NCBI GenBank assembly: GCA_965261735.1
Contig: OZ253470.1
Span: 4,967,632 to 5,031,631, forward strand
Source: Alphaproteobacteria bacterium
GTDB lineage: Bacteria > Pseudomonadota > Alphaproteobacteria > SHVV01
Length of the DNA: 64,000 bases
Direction of reading: 5' to 3'
Shown: positions 1 to 10,480 of the stretch, in pieces
Layout of the letters: each line of letters opens with the position of its first letter
Position numbering within the stretch: position 1 is the first letter of the stretch
The notes under the pieces: model-generated
The model's database searches: none
What the model was told of the DNA's origin: nothing
Seen by the model: only the letters and a program-made list of their open reading frames with translations
Translations under genes and position numbers: made by a program

Positions 1-347
1 ATCGCGAGATACGCACCGCTCAACCCGCGGCCCCAGAAGAGGGCCATGCCGAGCAGCGCGCCGAATAGGGCCGCAACGGCGATCGCCGAAGCGAGGCCCA
101 CGTAGCTCGAGACGCTGATCCCGAGCAGGCCCATGGTCAGCGCCGCCATGACGTAGCCGCCGAGACCGAAAAAGATGGCCTGGCCGAAGCACAGGATGCC
201 GCCGCGGCCCCACACGAGCGAAAGCGACATGGCGAACAGCCCCAAGATCACGTAACGGGCCGCCTGATCGGTCCAGTACTCGGCCGCGAATACCGGAACG
301 ACCGCGAGCACCACGAAGACGCTGAGGGCGAGGCCTCTAGGCGCCAT
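1..347 (-). CDS. Branched-chain amino acid/urea-type ABC permease (UrtC/LivM-like), runs off the window edge
   Basis: Manual translation from ATG at 347: MAPRGLALSVFVVLAVVPVFAAEYWTDQAARYVILGLFAMSLSLVWGRGGILCFGQAIFFGLGGY; overlaps the stop of the upstream permease. Confidence 0.85.
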   Translation of the reverse strand, partial: MAPRGLALSVFVVLAVVPVFAAEYWTDQAARYVILGLFAMSLSLVWGRGGILCFGQAIFFGLGGYVMAALTMGLLGISVSSYVGLASAIAVAALFGALLGMALFWGRGLSGAYLA

Positions 348-1197
348 CGCGATCCCCGAGAATACCCTGCGGCCGCATCCGGATGACGGCGATGGCGAGC
401 GCGAACACGACGATCTGCGCCACCACGGGCGACAGCCACAGCGTGAGCAGATTGGTGCCGCCGCCGACCAGGGTGCCGCCGACGAGCACGCCGGCCAGGG
501 GCCCCGCGCCGCCGACCATGATCGAGATGAATCCGGGAATGAGGTAGCCGAGCCCCATGTGCGGATCGACGCTGATCAGCGGCGCCACCAGCGCACCCGC
601 GAGGCCGGCGAGGCCGGTACCGATGACGAAGCTCGCGCGATAGAGGCGGCGCGTATCGATGCCGAGACAAGCGGCGGTATCGGGACGGGCGATAACGGCG
701 CGCGCCATCAACCCGAAGTCGGTGCGCAGGAACACCCAGAAGGTCGCCGCGACGATGACGACGGCGATGCCCATCAGGAGCAGGCGGTAGACCGGATAGG
801 TGGCCTCGCCGAGAACGAGTGTCGCCTGCACCGGTGCGACGACGCTGTGCGATGCCGGCCCGAAGACCAGCACCACCGCCTGCTTGAGGGCGATCGACAG
901 GCCCCAGGTGGCGAGGATCGTATCGAGAGGGCGGCGATAGACGTGGCGCACCAACAGCGCCTCGATGAGGTAGCCCGCGGCGCCGACGACGACGGGCGCG
1001 GCCGCGACCGCGAGCCAGAACGGGGCGCCCGCACCCGTGGCCGCAACCACCGTATAGGCGCCGAGCATGAACAGCTCGCCGTGCGCCATGTTGATCACTC
1101 GCATCATACCGAACACGACCACCAGGCCGAGCGCGACCAGGATGAGGATGAGCACGAACGACGCCATGTTGAGCGCGGTGATGAGGACATCGGCCAT
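337..1197 (-). CDS. ABC permease (UrtB/LivH-like)
   Basis: LivH motif 'GLVVVFGMMRVINMAHGELFMLGAY'; multiple transmembrane segments. Confidence 0.9.
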   Translation of the reverse strand: MADVLITALNMASFVLILILVALGLVVVFGMMRVINMAHGELFMLGAYTVVAATGAGAPFWLAVAAAPVVVGAAGYLIEALLVRHVYRRPLDTILATWGLSIALKQAVVLVFGPASHSVVAPVQATLVLGEATYPVYRLLLMGIAVVIVAATFWVFLRTDFGLMARAVIARPDTAACLGIDTRRLYRASFVIGTGLAGLAGALVAPLISVDPHMGLGYLIPGFISIMVGGAGPLAGVLVGGTLVGGGTNLLTLWLSPVVAQIVVFALAIAVIRMRPQGILGDRDGA

Positions 1198-1205
1198 CGC
1201 TGGGC

Positions 1206-1909
<704 letters not shown>

Positions 1910-1910
<1 letters not shown>

Positions 1911-2638
1911 CAACCGTGGCGCCCGAAATAGAGCTCGCGGACGGCCGGGTCGGCGCGGATCTCCGCGTAACTTCCGGAGCGCAGGAGCCTCCCGCTCGCC
2001 ATCACCGTGACGGGACACGCGAGCTGCCGGATGAATCCCATGTCGTGCTCGATGACGAGAATGCTGGCCCCAAAGTCGGCGACGAGGCGCAGTACCAGGT
2101 CGGCGGTGGCCGAAGTCTCGGGCATGGTCATGCCCGCGGTCGGCTCGTCGAGCAGCAGCAGGCGCGCGTCGCCGGCGAGCAGCATGCCGATTTCCAGCCA
2201 TTGGCGTTCGCCGTGCGACAGTGCGCCGGCCGCGACCGCACCCCTGCCGGCAAGGCCGACGCTGGCCGCGACCTCGTCCGCCTCGTGGGTGCGCACACCG
2301 GCCCATAGCGGAAGCGCACGGCCGGCCCAGCGCGGCACCATGAGATTCTGCGCCACCGTCAGTTCGTCGAACACGGCGGGCACCTGGAACTTGCGCCCAA
2401 TACCGCGGCGCGCAACGGCGTGGGGGGCGAGGTCGGTGATGTCCTCGCCGTCGAAGACCACGCTCCCGGCACTCGGCGCCAGGGCACCGGTGATCAGGTT
2501 GAAAAGAGTCGACTTGCCGCAGCCGTTGGGCCCGACGAGCGCGTGCAGAGCGCCGCGCTCGAGGCGCAGGCTGAAGCGATCGACCGCGGCGAGGCCACCG
2601 AAGTCCTTGCACAACGCATCGAGTTCGAGAAACGCCAT
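1910..2638 (-). CDS. ABC ATPase (UrtD/LivG-like)
   Basis: Walker A GPNGCGKS, LSHGERQWLEIGM, LLLDEPTAGM. Confidence 0.9.
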
Positions 2639-2783
2639 CTGCCCCCAGCGCCGGCGAATCACCGCCCCGGGGATTCATCATTCCCGAAATCCGGCGTGCG
2701 GCAAAATGCTTTCGCCTTGACGCGTGCGCTCATCGGCGCTTCAACATAGCAACCCCGTTCAGGCCCTCTTACGGAAAGCGCAC

Positions 2784-3980
2784 ATGACCAAGTTGGATCG
2801 CCGCCAATTCATCGCAACCGCGGCCGCAGCCGGGACCGCGGCCGGCGCTTCGGTTCTCGGGTTTCCGGCCATCGCTCAGGGCGCGCCTGTGAGGGTGGGT
2901 GCGGCCTTGCCGTTTTCGGGGGGGCTCGAGCTATTCGGCGACCAGGCGCGAATCGGTATCGATCTCGCGGTGGCGGAAATCAATGCCAACAGGGGCATCA
3001 TGGGCCGCCCGGTCGAGGTTCTCTACGAGGACATGAAGACCGACCCCAAGACGGCGGCCGAGAAGGCGCGCAAGCTCATCCAACGCGACGGCGTGATCGC
3101 GGTGGCCGGGCCGATCACCTCGTCGGGGCGCAATGCGATGGCGCCGCACATGGCCCGGCTCAAGACGCCCCTGCTCTACGCCACGAACTATGAGGGGGCC
3201 GACGATCAGGGCAGCGGCTGCGGGCGCTACCTGTTCTTCTTCAACACCGTGCCCAACCAGGATACGGCCCCGCTCATCCCTTATCTCGCCAAGGAGGGGA
3301 TCGGCACCTCCTACTACATGTTCGGCGCCAACTACGTGTGGCCGCGCAACATGTTCAAGGCGGCCAAGCAGATCATCAAGACCACCGGCGGTGCGGCCCG
3401 GGCGGAGGAGTTCACCCCCTTCGGCGTCGCCGATTTCACGTCAGTCATTCGCAAGGTCGCGGACTCCGGCGCCGACATTCTGCTCTTCGCGCTACCCGGC
3501 GCCGATGGCATCACCTTCATCAAACAGGCCGAGGAGTTCGGCCTGATGAACAAGGTGACGGTGGCCTTCCTCGGTTTCAGCGAGACCTATCTCGGCGCCT
3601 TCGGAGCCGGCAAAGGCGAGAACATGTATGTTTGCGTGCCCTTCGTCGCCGCCAGCCCCGAACCCGAGGTCGCGGACTTCGTCGCTCGGGTACGGCACAT
3701 GCGCGGGCCCGACACGGGCGTTTCGCACTATGTCATGACCCACTACAACGCGATCATGGCGCTCAAGGCGGGGCTCGAGAGGCAAGGGACGATCGGGCGC
3801 GAGGAGGCGGTCGACGGCATGGCGGGGCTTAACTTTCGGATTCCGACGGGGCGCGCGCGCCTTACCGCCGGCGACCACCACACGGCCATGAACATGTACA
3901 TCGCCAAAACCGAGGGCGGCATGCTCAGGGTGATCGAGCCGCTCGGCACCATCGAGCCTGAATCGGGCTGCCGTATTTGA
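2784..3980 (+). CDS. ABC substrate-binding protein (UrtA/AmiC/LivJ family) with Tat signal
   Basis: MTKLDRRQF twin-arginine leader; GANYVWPR motif typical of urea/amide-binding proteins. Confidence 0.85.
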   Translation: MTKLDRRQFIATAAAAGTAAGASVLGFPAIAQGAPVRVGAALPFSGGLELFGDQARIGIDLAVAEINANRGIMGRPVEVLYEDMKTDPKTAAEKARKLIQRDGVIAVAGPITSSGRNAMAPHMARLKTPLLYATNYEGADDQGSGCGRYLFFFNTVPNQDTAPLIPYLAKEGIGTSYYMFGANYVWPRNMFKAAKQIIKTTGGAARAEEFTPFGVADFTSVIRKVADSGADILLFALPGADGITFIKQAEEFGLMNKVTVAFLGFSETYLGAFGAGKGENMYVCVPFVAASPEPEVADFVARVRHMRGPDTGVSHYVMTHYNAIMALKAGLERQGTIGREEAVDGMAGLNFRIPTGRARLTAGDHHTAMNMYIAKTEGGMLRVIEPLGTIEPESGCRI

Positions 3981-3994
3981 CGATCGGCGCGCCG

Positions 3995-4270
3995 CTAGCG
4001 CGGCCACTCGCCATAAATCTGTAGCGCGAATCCAGTGGCAAGCACGAAGGCGCAGGCAATCGCCAGTCTCGAAGCGCCGAGGCGTTCGAACCACGATACC
4101 CGAGACGCGCCGCCGCCGACGTTGGCGGCGGGCACGGTCGCGGGCACCGTCGAGCCGCGGGCGACGTCCCAGGCGAAAGCGATCACGGCGAGAGTATCCA
4201 GGCCGAGGCCAACCACGCTGAACCAGGGCGGGCTCGGCAGCGTAAGTCCCATCATCACCGACTCGTTCAT
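3995..4270 (-). CDS. Small hypothetical membrane protein
   Basis: MNESVMMGL... with two hydrophobic segments; GGAGG upstream. Confidence 0.5.
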   Translation of the reverse strand: MNESVMMGLTLPSPPWFSVVGLGLDTLAVIAFAWDVARGSTVPATVPAANVGGGASRVSWFERLGASRLAIACAFVLATGFALQIYGEWPR

Positions 4271-4310
4271 GGGATGTCCCCTCCACTCTCCGAGTCGGCT
4301 CGAGCGCGGC

Positions 4311-4643
4311 TCACGCCCCCGGGCCGCCAAGGGAAACCGCGACCTCTTCCCAGTACTTGCCGGCGGCCACGAGGCAGGTGAGGCCGTTGGCGGTGGTGAC
4401 CAGGATCGACCAGGAGCCGCGCGGCGAGGCCAGCAGTTCGAGGACGCGGCCGTCGGCGGTGAGGCCCATCGAAACAGGGCCTTCACCGTGGGAGCGCGCG
4501 AGTTGCTCCACCAGCCCGCTTCGCTCTCCGCAGGCGGCCTGCGCGGCCGCGGGGCGCACTGCCGTCAGAACGGTAAATAAAGCGACAAAAGCGAGCAGGC
4601 TCGCGCCGATCGGTAGCACCTTGAGGAAATTGCGTTTGATCAT
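4311..4643 (-). CDS. Conserved exported hypothetical protein (separated from its RBS by an IS insertion)
   Basis: Signal peptide, then CGER...GSWSILVT...CLVAAG..W pattern typical of small alphaproteobacterial proteins. Confidence 0.7.
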   Translation of the reverse strand: MIKRNFLKVLPIGASLLAFVALFTVLTAVRPAAAQAACGERSGLVEQLARSHGEGPVSMGLTADGRVLELLASPRGSWSILVTTANGLTCLVAAGKYWEEVAVSLGGPGA

Positions 4644-4648
4644 CGTGG

Positions 4649-5514
4649 CTTGCCTATCCGGTTAACGCCCATGACCGCTACATGTAGGGTGCCACCACTC
4701 TCCCGAGTAAAGCTCGGCATAGGTTGGAGCAGAGGTGTCGCCCGCGATGCCGAGCAATGAGCGGAAGGCGTTGAACGGGTAGAACCGCCTGTTGAAGCGG
4801 AAGGTGAACTCGTTGAGGTAGGCTTGTAGGTGCTGGTGGCTAACGCCGTGGTGGATACCGATCAGCCACGTCTTCAGGTTGGCGAAAACCAGATGGATGA
4901 TCGGCAGGTATTGCTCGGCAACCTCTGGATCACCACACTCGGCAACAGCGAAGTGCTCATAGCCGCGCTTACCGAGGCCAGCATAGCCGCTCCAATCGTC
5001 AGTAACGATCAGCGATCGCGGCGCGACGGTGCTCTCGACGAACCCACAGAGCGACTCGGCGCTACGGTCGAGCACGACGGCGAGCCGAACGCGTCCGGCA
5101 TAGCGTCCGTCTTTCCGGTTGTCGAGCTTGGTGCCCGGCTTTCGATGACGCACCTCGATGGCACAGGAGACGGGAACCTTGTGGTGAACACCACGGCCTT
5201 CCCCACGCGTTCGCCCGCCAACCCAGGTTTCGTCCACCTCAACATGGTTCTTGGGCTGTCCACCGATCCTGTCTTGGTTGGGCCGCACCATGCCCGAGCG
5301 GAGCTTGTGGAGAATTTGAAAGGCCGTCTCCCCAGCGGGCTTTCTCCAGGTAGGCGGCGCAGGCCGCATCATCGGGGAAAAGTCGCTGGAACTCGGGTAG
5401 CGAATGCGGGAATGGGAGATCGGCGCGGTCGAGAACATCCATGGCGCGCTCCCCTATATCCGGTTTGCGCCCACTCTAGCCCTAGTGGGTGTGGGTGTAA
5501 ACCGGATAGGCAAG
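4649..5514 (-). mobile_element. IS1595-family element copy A (866 bp; internal 239-bp deletion, frameshifted transposase)
   Basis: TIRs cttgcctatccggtt / aaccggataggcaag; 8-bp TSD CATCGTGG at 4641-4648 and 5515-5522; VEVDETW, TDDW and YLNEF.FRFNRR motifs. Confidence 0.95.
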
Positions 5515-5578
5515 CATCGTGGCCTCCAACTTGGCAACTACGACCTTCTCCCCGCGCCTTGTTATTTGGCGCGGCCTA

Positions 5579-6727
5579 GTGGATTGATCGGAACGAAAGA
5601 GTCCGATTTGAGATTCCGTATTGTGCGGTGTCATGCGAGTCTGTGCTATGCGCACCGGCATCCATTTTACTGTCACGTCTGGCGACCGTCAGCGATTGCA
5701 AGCTATCGTCGCGGACCCGAAGAGCTCGCAGAAACATGTCTGGCGGGCGCGGATCATCCTGAAGAGCGACGAGGGGCTCGGGAACTCGTCGATCATGGCC
5801 GAGACCGGCAAGTCCAAGACCTGTGTCTGGCGCTGGCAGGAGCGGTTCATGCACGAGGGTGTCAACGGCTTGCTTCGCGACAGGTCCCGTCCGCCTGGCA
5901 AAGCGCCGATCCCGCCGGAGCGCGTCGCCGAGATCGTCCGCCTGACCCAGCAAGCGCCGCCGCACGAGGCGACCCACTGGACGCTGCGCGCGATGGCGAA
6001 GGTTGCTGGCGTCGCGGCGTCGACGGTCCAAGCGATCTGGAAGGCCCATGGCCTCAGCCCGCACCGCTGGCGGCACTTCAAGCTCTCCAATGATCCCGCC
6101 TTCGCCGAGAAGCTCACAGATATCGTCGGCTTGTATGTCGATCCGCCGGCCCATGCCGTGGTGCTGTCGGTTGATGAGAAATCACAGATCCAGGCGCTCG
6201 ACCGCACCCAACCCGGCTTGCCGATGAAGAAGGGCCGCGCCGGTACGATGACCTATGATTACAAACGGCATGGCACGACGACGCTGTTCGCCGCGCTCAA
6301 CGTGCTGGACGGTACGGTCATCGCACAGAACATGCAGCGCCACCGCCATCAGGAGTTCATCCGCTTCCTCAACCGCATCGAGCGCGAGGTGCCGACGGAC
6401 AAGGCCGTCCACGTCATCCTCGACAACTACGCCGCGCACAAGAAGGACAAGGTCCGCGCCTGGCTCGCCCGCCATCCACGCTGGACCTTCCACTTCACGC
6501 CAACCTCGTGCTCGTGGCTCAATGCCGTCGAGGGCTTCTTCGCCAAACTAACGCGGCGCAGGCTCAAATACGGCGTCTTCCAATCCGTCGTCGACCTTCA
6601 GGACGCCATCAACCGATTTGTCCGCGAATACAATGACGCAAACCCAAAACCCTTCATCTGGAAAGCCGACCCCGATCATATCATCGCCGCACGAAACAGA
6701 GGGTTCCAAACGTTGGAATCAATCCAC
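5579..6727 (+). mobile_element. IS630-family element
   Basis: TIRs gtggattgat / atcaatccac, TA duplicated within CTAG on both sides. Confidence 0.95.
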
Positions 6728-6730
6728 TAG
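5648..6730 (+). CDS. IS630 transposase (intact ORF)
   Basis: VDEKSQIQALDR, YKRHGT, ILDNYAAH and SWLNAVE DDE motifs; stop codon uses the target TAG. Confidence 0.95.
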   Translation: MRTGIHFTVTSGDRQRLQAIVADPKSSQKHVWRARIILKSDEGLGNSSIMAETGKSKTCVWRWQERFMHEGVNGLLRDRSRPPGKAPIPPERVAEIVRLTQQAPPHEATHWTLRAMAKVAGVAASTVQAIWKAHGLSPHRWRHFKLSNDPAFAEKLTDIVGLYVDPPAHAVVLSVDEKSQIQALDRTQPGLPMKKGRAGTMTYDYKRHGTTTLFAALNVLDGTVIAQNMQRHRHQEFIRFLNRIEREVPTDKAVHVILDNYAAHKKDKVRAWLARHPRWTFHFTPTSCSWLNAVEGFFAKLTRRRLKYGVFQSVVDLQDAINRFVREYNDANPKPFIWKADPDHIIAARNRGFQTLESIH

Positions 6731-6737
6731 GACGGTC

Positions 6738-6773
6738 GACCAATCACCGACGATAACTAGTCGGTGATTGGTC
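6738..6773. repeat. Perfect 14-bp inverted repeat with 8-nt spacer (terminator- or operator-like)
   Basis: gaccaatcaccgac-gataacta-gtcggtgattggtc. Confidence 0.7.
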
Positions 6774-6826
6774 CGTGACATTGGCCTTGGAGGCGGCGCA
6801 GGCGCTGGATCACGCGGGGAAGGAGG

Positions 6827-7639
6827 CTTGCCTATCCGGGTTACACCCACACCCACTAGGGCTAGAATGGGCGCAACCCGGATATAGGGGAGCGCGCCAT
6901 GGATGTTCTCGACCGCGCCGATCTCCCATTCCCGCATTCGCTACCCGAGTTCCAGCGACTTTTCCCCGATGATGCGGCCTGCGCCGCCTACCTGGAGAAA
7001 GCCCGCTGGGGAGACGGCTTTGCCTGCCCGCACTGCGGCACGGCGGGAGAGCCGTTCCACTTTGAAAACCGCCCTGGCGTCCTGCGCTGCCGCAAGTGCC
7101 GCCAGAACACCGGGCTGACGGTGGGAACAGTGATGGAGCGTAGCCACACTCCGCTGAACGTCTGGTTCTGGGCCGCTTATCTGGTCGCCAGTCAGACGCC
7201 CGGCATGTCCGCCGTGCAGTTTCAGCGGCAACTTGGTCTTTCGCGCTACGAGACGGCCTTTCAAATTCTCCACAAGCTCCGCTCGGGCATGGTGCGGCCC
7301 AACCAAGACAGGATCGGTGGACAGCCCAAGAACCATGTTGAGGTGGACGAAACCTGGGTTGGCGGGCGAACGCGTGGGGAAGGCCGTGGTGTTCACCACA
7401 AGGTTCCCGTCTCCTGTGCCATCGAGGTGCGTCATCGAAAGCCGGGCACCAAGCTCGACAACCGGAAAGACGGACGCTATGCCGGACGCGTTCGGCTCGC
7501 CGTCGTGCTCGACCGTAGCGCCGAGTCGCTCTGTGGGTTCGTCGAGAGCACCGTCGCGCCGCGATCGCTGATCGTTACTGACGATTGGAGCGGCTATGCT
7601 GGCCTCGGTAACGCCTTCCGCTCATTGCTCGGCATCGCG
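6827..7639 (+). mobile_element. IS1595 copy B: intact 5' end, 198-bp internal deletion, 3' end missing
   Basis: Left TIR at 6827; transposase from 6899 with zinc ribbon CPHC..CRKC; sequence jumps ggtaa|cgcc; ends at ...ggcatcgcg. Confidence 0.9.
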
Positions 7640-8213
7640 CCGCGCGCTCGGCCGTGAGGTTGGCGCTCCATGCCAGCACCTTCATGTCGAAGGCACGGCC
7701 GATGGCGGCCACGCGCGCACCTAGGCGGCCGAGCCCGATCACGCCCAGTGTGCGCCCCGCGAGGTCGACGCCGATGGTCGACTGCCAGGCGCCCGAGCGC
7801 AGCGTGCGATCCTCGCTCGGAATGTGCCGTGCGAGCGCGAGGATCAGCCCCCACGTGAGTTCGGCGGTGGCCCGCCCCGACCCCTCGGTGCCACACACGG
7901 TGATGCCGAGCTCGGCGGCTGCCGCCACGTCGATTGCCGCGTTGCGCTGGCCCGTCGTAACGAGCAGCCTTAGCTTCGGCAACCGCTCGAGCAGCTCGCG
8001 GCCGAACCGCGTTCGCTCGCGCATGATCGAGATGATGTCGAAACCGTCTAGGCGGCGGGCCAGTGCGTCGACGGCGCTCACCGGGTCGCGGAACACGCTG
8101 ACCTCGGCGTCAGGCGCCAACACGCTCCAGTCGGCCATTTCCAGGGCGACGCCCTGGTAGTCGTCGAGGACGGCGATCCGGACCGGACGCGGGATGGTGC
8201 CGCTGCGCGTCAT
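7640..8213 (-). pseudogene. D-2-hydroxyacid dehydrogenase, 3'-truncated at IS1595 copy B
   Basis: RIAVLDDYQ, MRERT, TAELTWGLIL and GVIGLGRLG Rossmann motif; homology ends after WSANLTAERA. Confidence 0.85.
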
Positions 8214-8300
8214 CGCGATTCCTCCAAGGGTGTTGAATGCGGTGTCCTGGGGTCCAAGATACCATGGGAGGCGCCGGTCAACGGCGCGAGGAGATCCGCC

Positions 8301-8939
8301 ATGCGCACCCCCAAACTTTCCCGCCGGCACCTCGTGGCCTCCGCGTTCTCGTTGGCGGCACTTGCCGCGGCGCGGCCCCTGCACGCCGCCGTGGGGACAA
8401 CCCCGCGCCAGGGCGAAGGGCCGTTCTACCCGCGGCGGCTTCCGGCGGACGCCGACAACGATCTGGTCAACGTCGCCGGCCGGCCTGAGCGGGCAGCCGG
8501 CGATATCGCGCACGTCAGCGGCCGCGTCCTAGATACGAACGGCCGACCGCTCGACGGCGTACGCGTCGAGATCTGGCAGTGCGACGCCTTCGGTGCCTAC
8601 CACCACCCGCGCGATTCGCGGGGGCCGGCGGACCCTAATTTTCAGGGCTACGGCCAGACGATGACGGGCGCCGACGGCACTTACCGCTTCCGCACCATCC
8701 GGCCCGTTCCTTACTCAGGGCGGGCCCCGCACATCCACTTCAAGCTATCGAGGAACGCTCGCCACGTTCTGACCACGCAGCTCTACGCCGCCGACGGCGC
8801 CGGCAACGACAGGGACCCGCTGCTGCGCAGAGTGCGTGATCCGCACGCCCGGGCACGGCTCGTCGCGCCGTTCCGCCCGGCGCCCGAAATCGAGTCGGGT
8901 GCCCTGGCCGCCACCTTCGACATCGTGCTCCGCGCCTGA
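8301..8939 (+). CDS. Intradiol ring-cleavage dioxygenase (PcaH-like) with Tat signal
   Basis: LSRRHLV leader; EGPFYP, EIWQCDAFGAY, PVPYSGRAPHIHF (Tyr/Tyr/His/His iron ligands). Confidence 0.85.
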   Translation: MRTPKLSRRHLVASAFSLAALAAARPLHAAVGTTPRQGEGPFYPRRLPADADNDLVNVAGRPERAAGDIAHVSGRVLDTNGRPLDGVRVEIWQCDAFGAYHHPRDSRGPADPNFQGYGQTMTGADGTYRFRTIRPVPYSGRAPHIHFKLSRNARHVLTTQLYAADGAGNDRDPLLRRVRDPHARARLVAPFRPAPEIESGALAATFDIVLRA

Positions 8940-8958
8940 AGCGCCGAGCGCCGGCGCC

Positions 8959-10305
8959 TTACGCGAGGGTCACGTCCGCCCTCTGAGCGGGCGGGTCCTC
9001 GAGGATCCGCTCGGTGAGCTTGCGCGCGGTTTCGTGCAGCAGCTCGAGGTCCTGCTCCGGCGTCGGCGCGGGCGGGACCCGCAGGACGGCGTCGTTACCG
9101 TAGGTCGGAATGACGCCGTTGCCGGCGCGCGACAGGCCCTTGGGCTCCTTGCCCTCGCGCACGGCCTCGATGCCCTCGCGCACCATTCGCCGGAATATGG
9201 CGACGCCACGGTCGGTCGCCGTGAGGTGCTCGGTGGCATGGCGCGCAATGGCGCGCTGTCCCACTTGGGCTTCGTAGTCTCCCGGCGTGCGCTGCATCTC
9301 GTCGTAGCTGCGCTCGCCATAGTTGGCGCGAAGCGCGATATTCGGCCTGGTGATGTAGGTGTTTTCCTGACCGGGACGGAGGCGGACGAAGGCGTACTCC
9401 ATCGTGCTCGTATCGTCGACGGGAACCCGCCAGCGGGTAATGCGGGGCAGGTACGTATTCTCGGTCTCGCCGTCCTTGTACTTTGTCGGGAACGAAGGGG
9501 ATTGCGCGATCTGCGCGATGTTGGGGCAGATGAATTCGAGCGTGCGTACCCAGATCTCCTCGTCCACGCGCCGGGTCTCCTGGCATAGGACGCCGTGCTC
9601 GGTTTCGACGAACTCGCACTCGCCGATCTTGGCCAGCGCCGTCACCGGCTTGCCGTCATCGCTGAAGAACTGATAGCCGCTGATGGTGGCGTGCAGAAAC
9701 GCCTCATGGGCGATGTCGAGGACATTGTCCATGATCTGGACCCAGTTGCAGGGCTTGATGTTGGGTACCCCAATAAGCTCGCCGAAGCCGAGCTCGTAGC
9801 CCGGCAACTCAAATGAATCGAGAACCGGGAACGGCGGCGTCGTGTCGGGCGGGCCCATATAGGTGAAGATCATGTCGCCATAGACGTGGAGCGGATACGC
9901 GCCGTGGCACAGCCGATCCTTCAGGGTGCTGTCGGCGGGCTCGTTGGGCGTCTCGAGAATCCGGCCGTCGACATCGAAGAGCCACGAGTGGTAGCAGCAG
10001 CGAATGCCGTGCTCCTCGATCTTGCCGTATTCGAGCGAGGTGCCGCGGTGACTGCAATGGCGCTCGAGCAGGCCGAACTGGCCACTCTTGTCGCGAAACA
10101 GAACGAGGTCCTCGCCGAGCACGCGGACGGCGAGCGGCAGGTCCTTGAGGTCGGGGGCGTGCGCGATGGGGTGCCAGAAGCGCCGCAAGTACTCCCCGCC
10201 CGGCGTTCCCGGGCCGACGTGGGTCAGCTCCTCATCCTCGTTGGGGACCTGGTTTTGGTGGTAGGCGCCATAGGTCTGCCGAAGGAAGCGCTTCTGTTCC
10301 GCCAT
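8959..10305 (-). CDS. Rieske oxygenase alpha subunit (phthalate 4,5-dioxygenase/LigXa-like)
   Basis: Rieske motif CSHRG...CCYHSW; mononuclear Fe motif DIAHEAFLH; VGPGTPGGEYLRRFWHP. Confidence 0.85.
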   Translation of the reverse strand: MAEQKRFLRQTYGAYHQNQVPNEDEELTHVGPGTPGGEYLRRFWHPIAHAPDLKDLPLAVRVLGEDLVLFRDKSGQFGLLERHCSHRGTSLEYGKIEEHGIRCCYHSWLFDVDGRILETPNEPADSTLKDRLCHGAYPLHVYGDMIFTYMGPPDTTPPFPVLDSFELPGYELGFGELIGVPNIKPCNWVQIMDNVLDIAHEAFLHATISGYQFFSDDGKPVTALAKIGECEFVETEHGVLCQETRRVDEEIWVRTLEFICPNIAQIAQSPSFPTKYKDGETENTYLPRITRWRVPVDDTSTMEYAFVRLRPGQENTYITRPNIALRANYGERSYDEMQRTPGDYEAQVGQRAIARHATEHLTATDRGVAIFRRMVREGIEAVREGKEPKGLSRAGNGVIPTYGNDAVLRVPPAPTPEQDLELLHETARKLTERILEDPPAQRADVTLA

Positions 10306-10480
10306 CGTCTGTTGCCCTTCCAGTCCGTCAAGTCCGGCCCCGAGCCGGACCAGAATACACCGTCACGATAGTATAAACCGGACCAACGTCAAATCCCTTC
10401 GCGGCCCGCTAATCGATGCGCGCCGCGGCCCGCATCCGTTATGATGGACGGCACACGCCGCCGCCACGGAGAACGGATCG

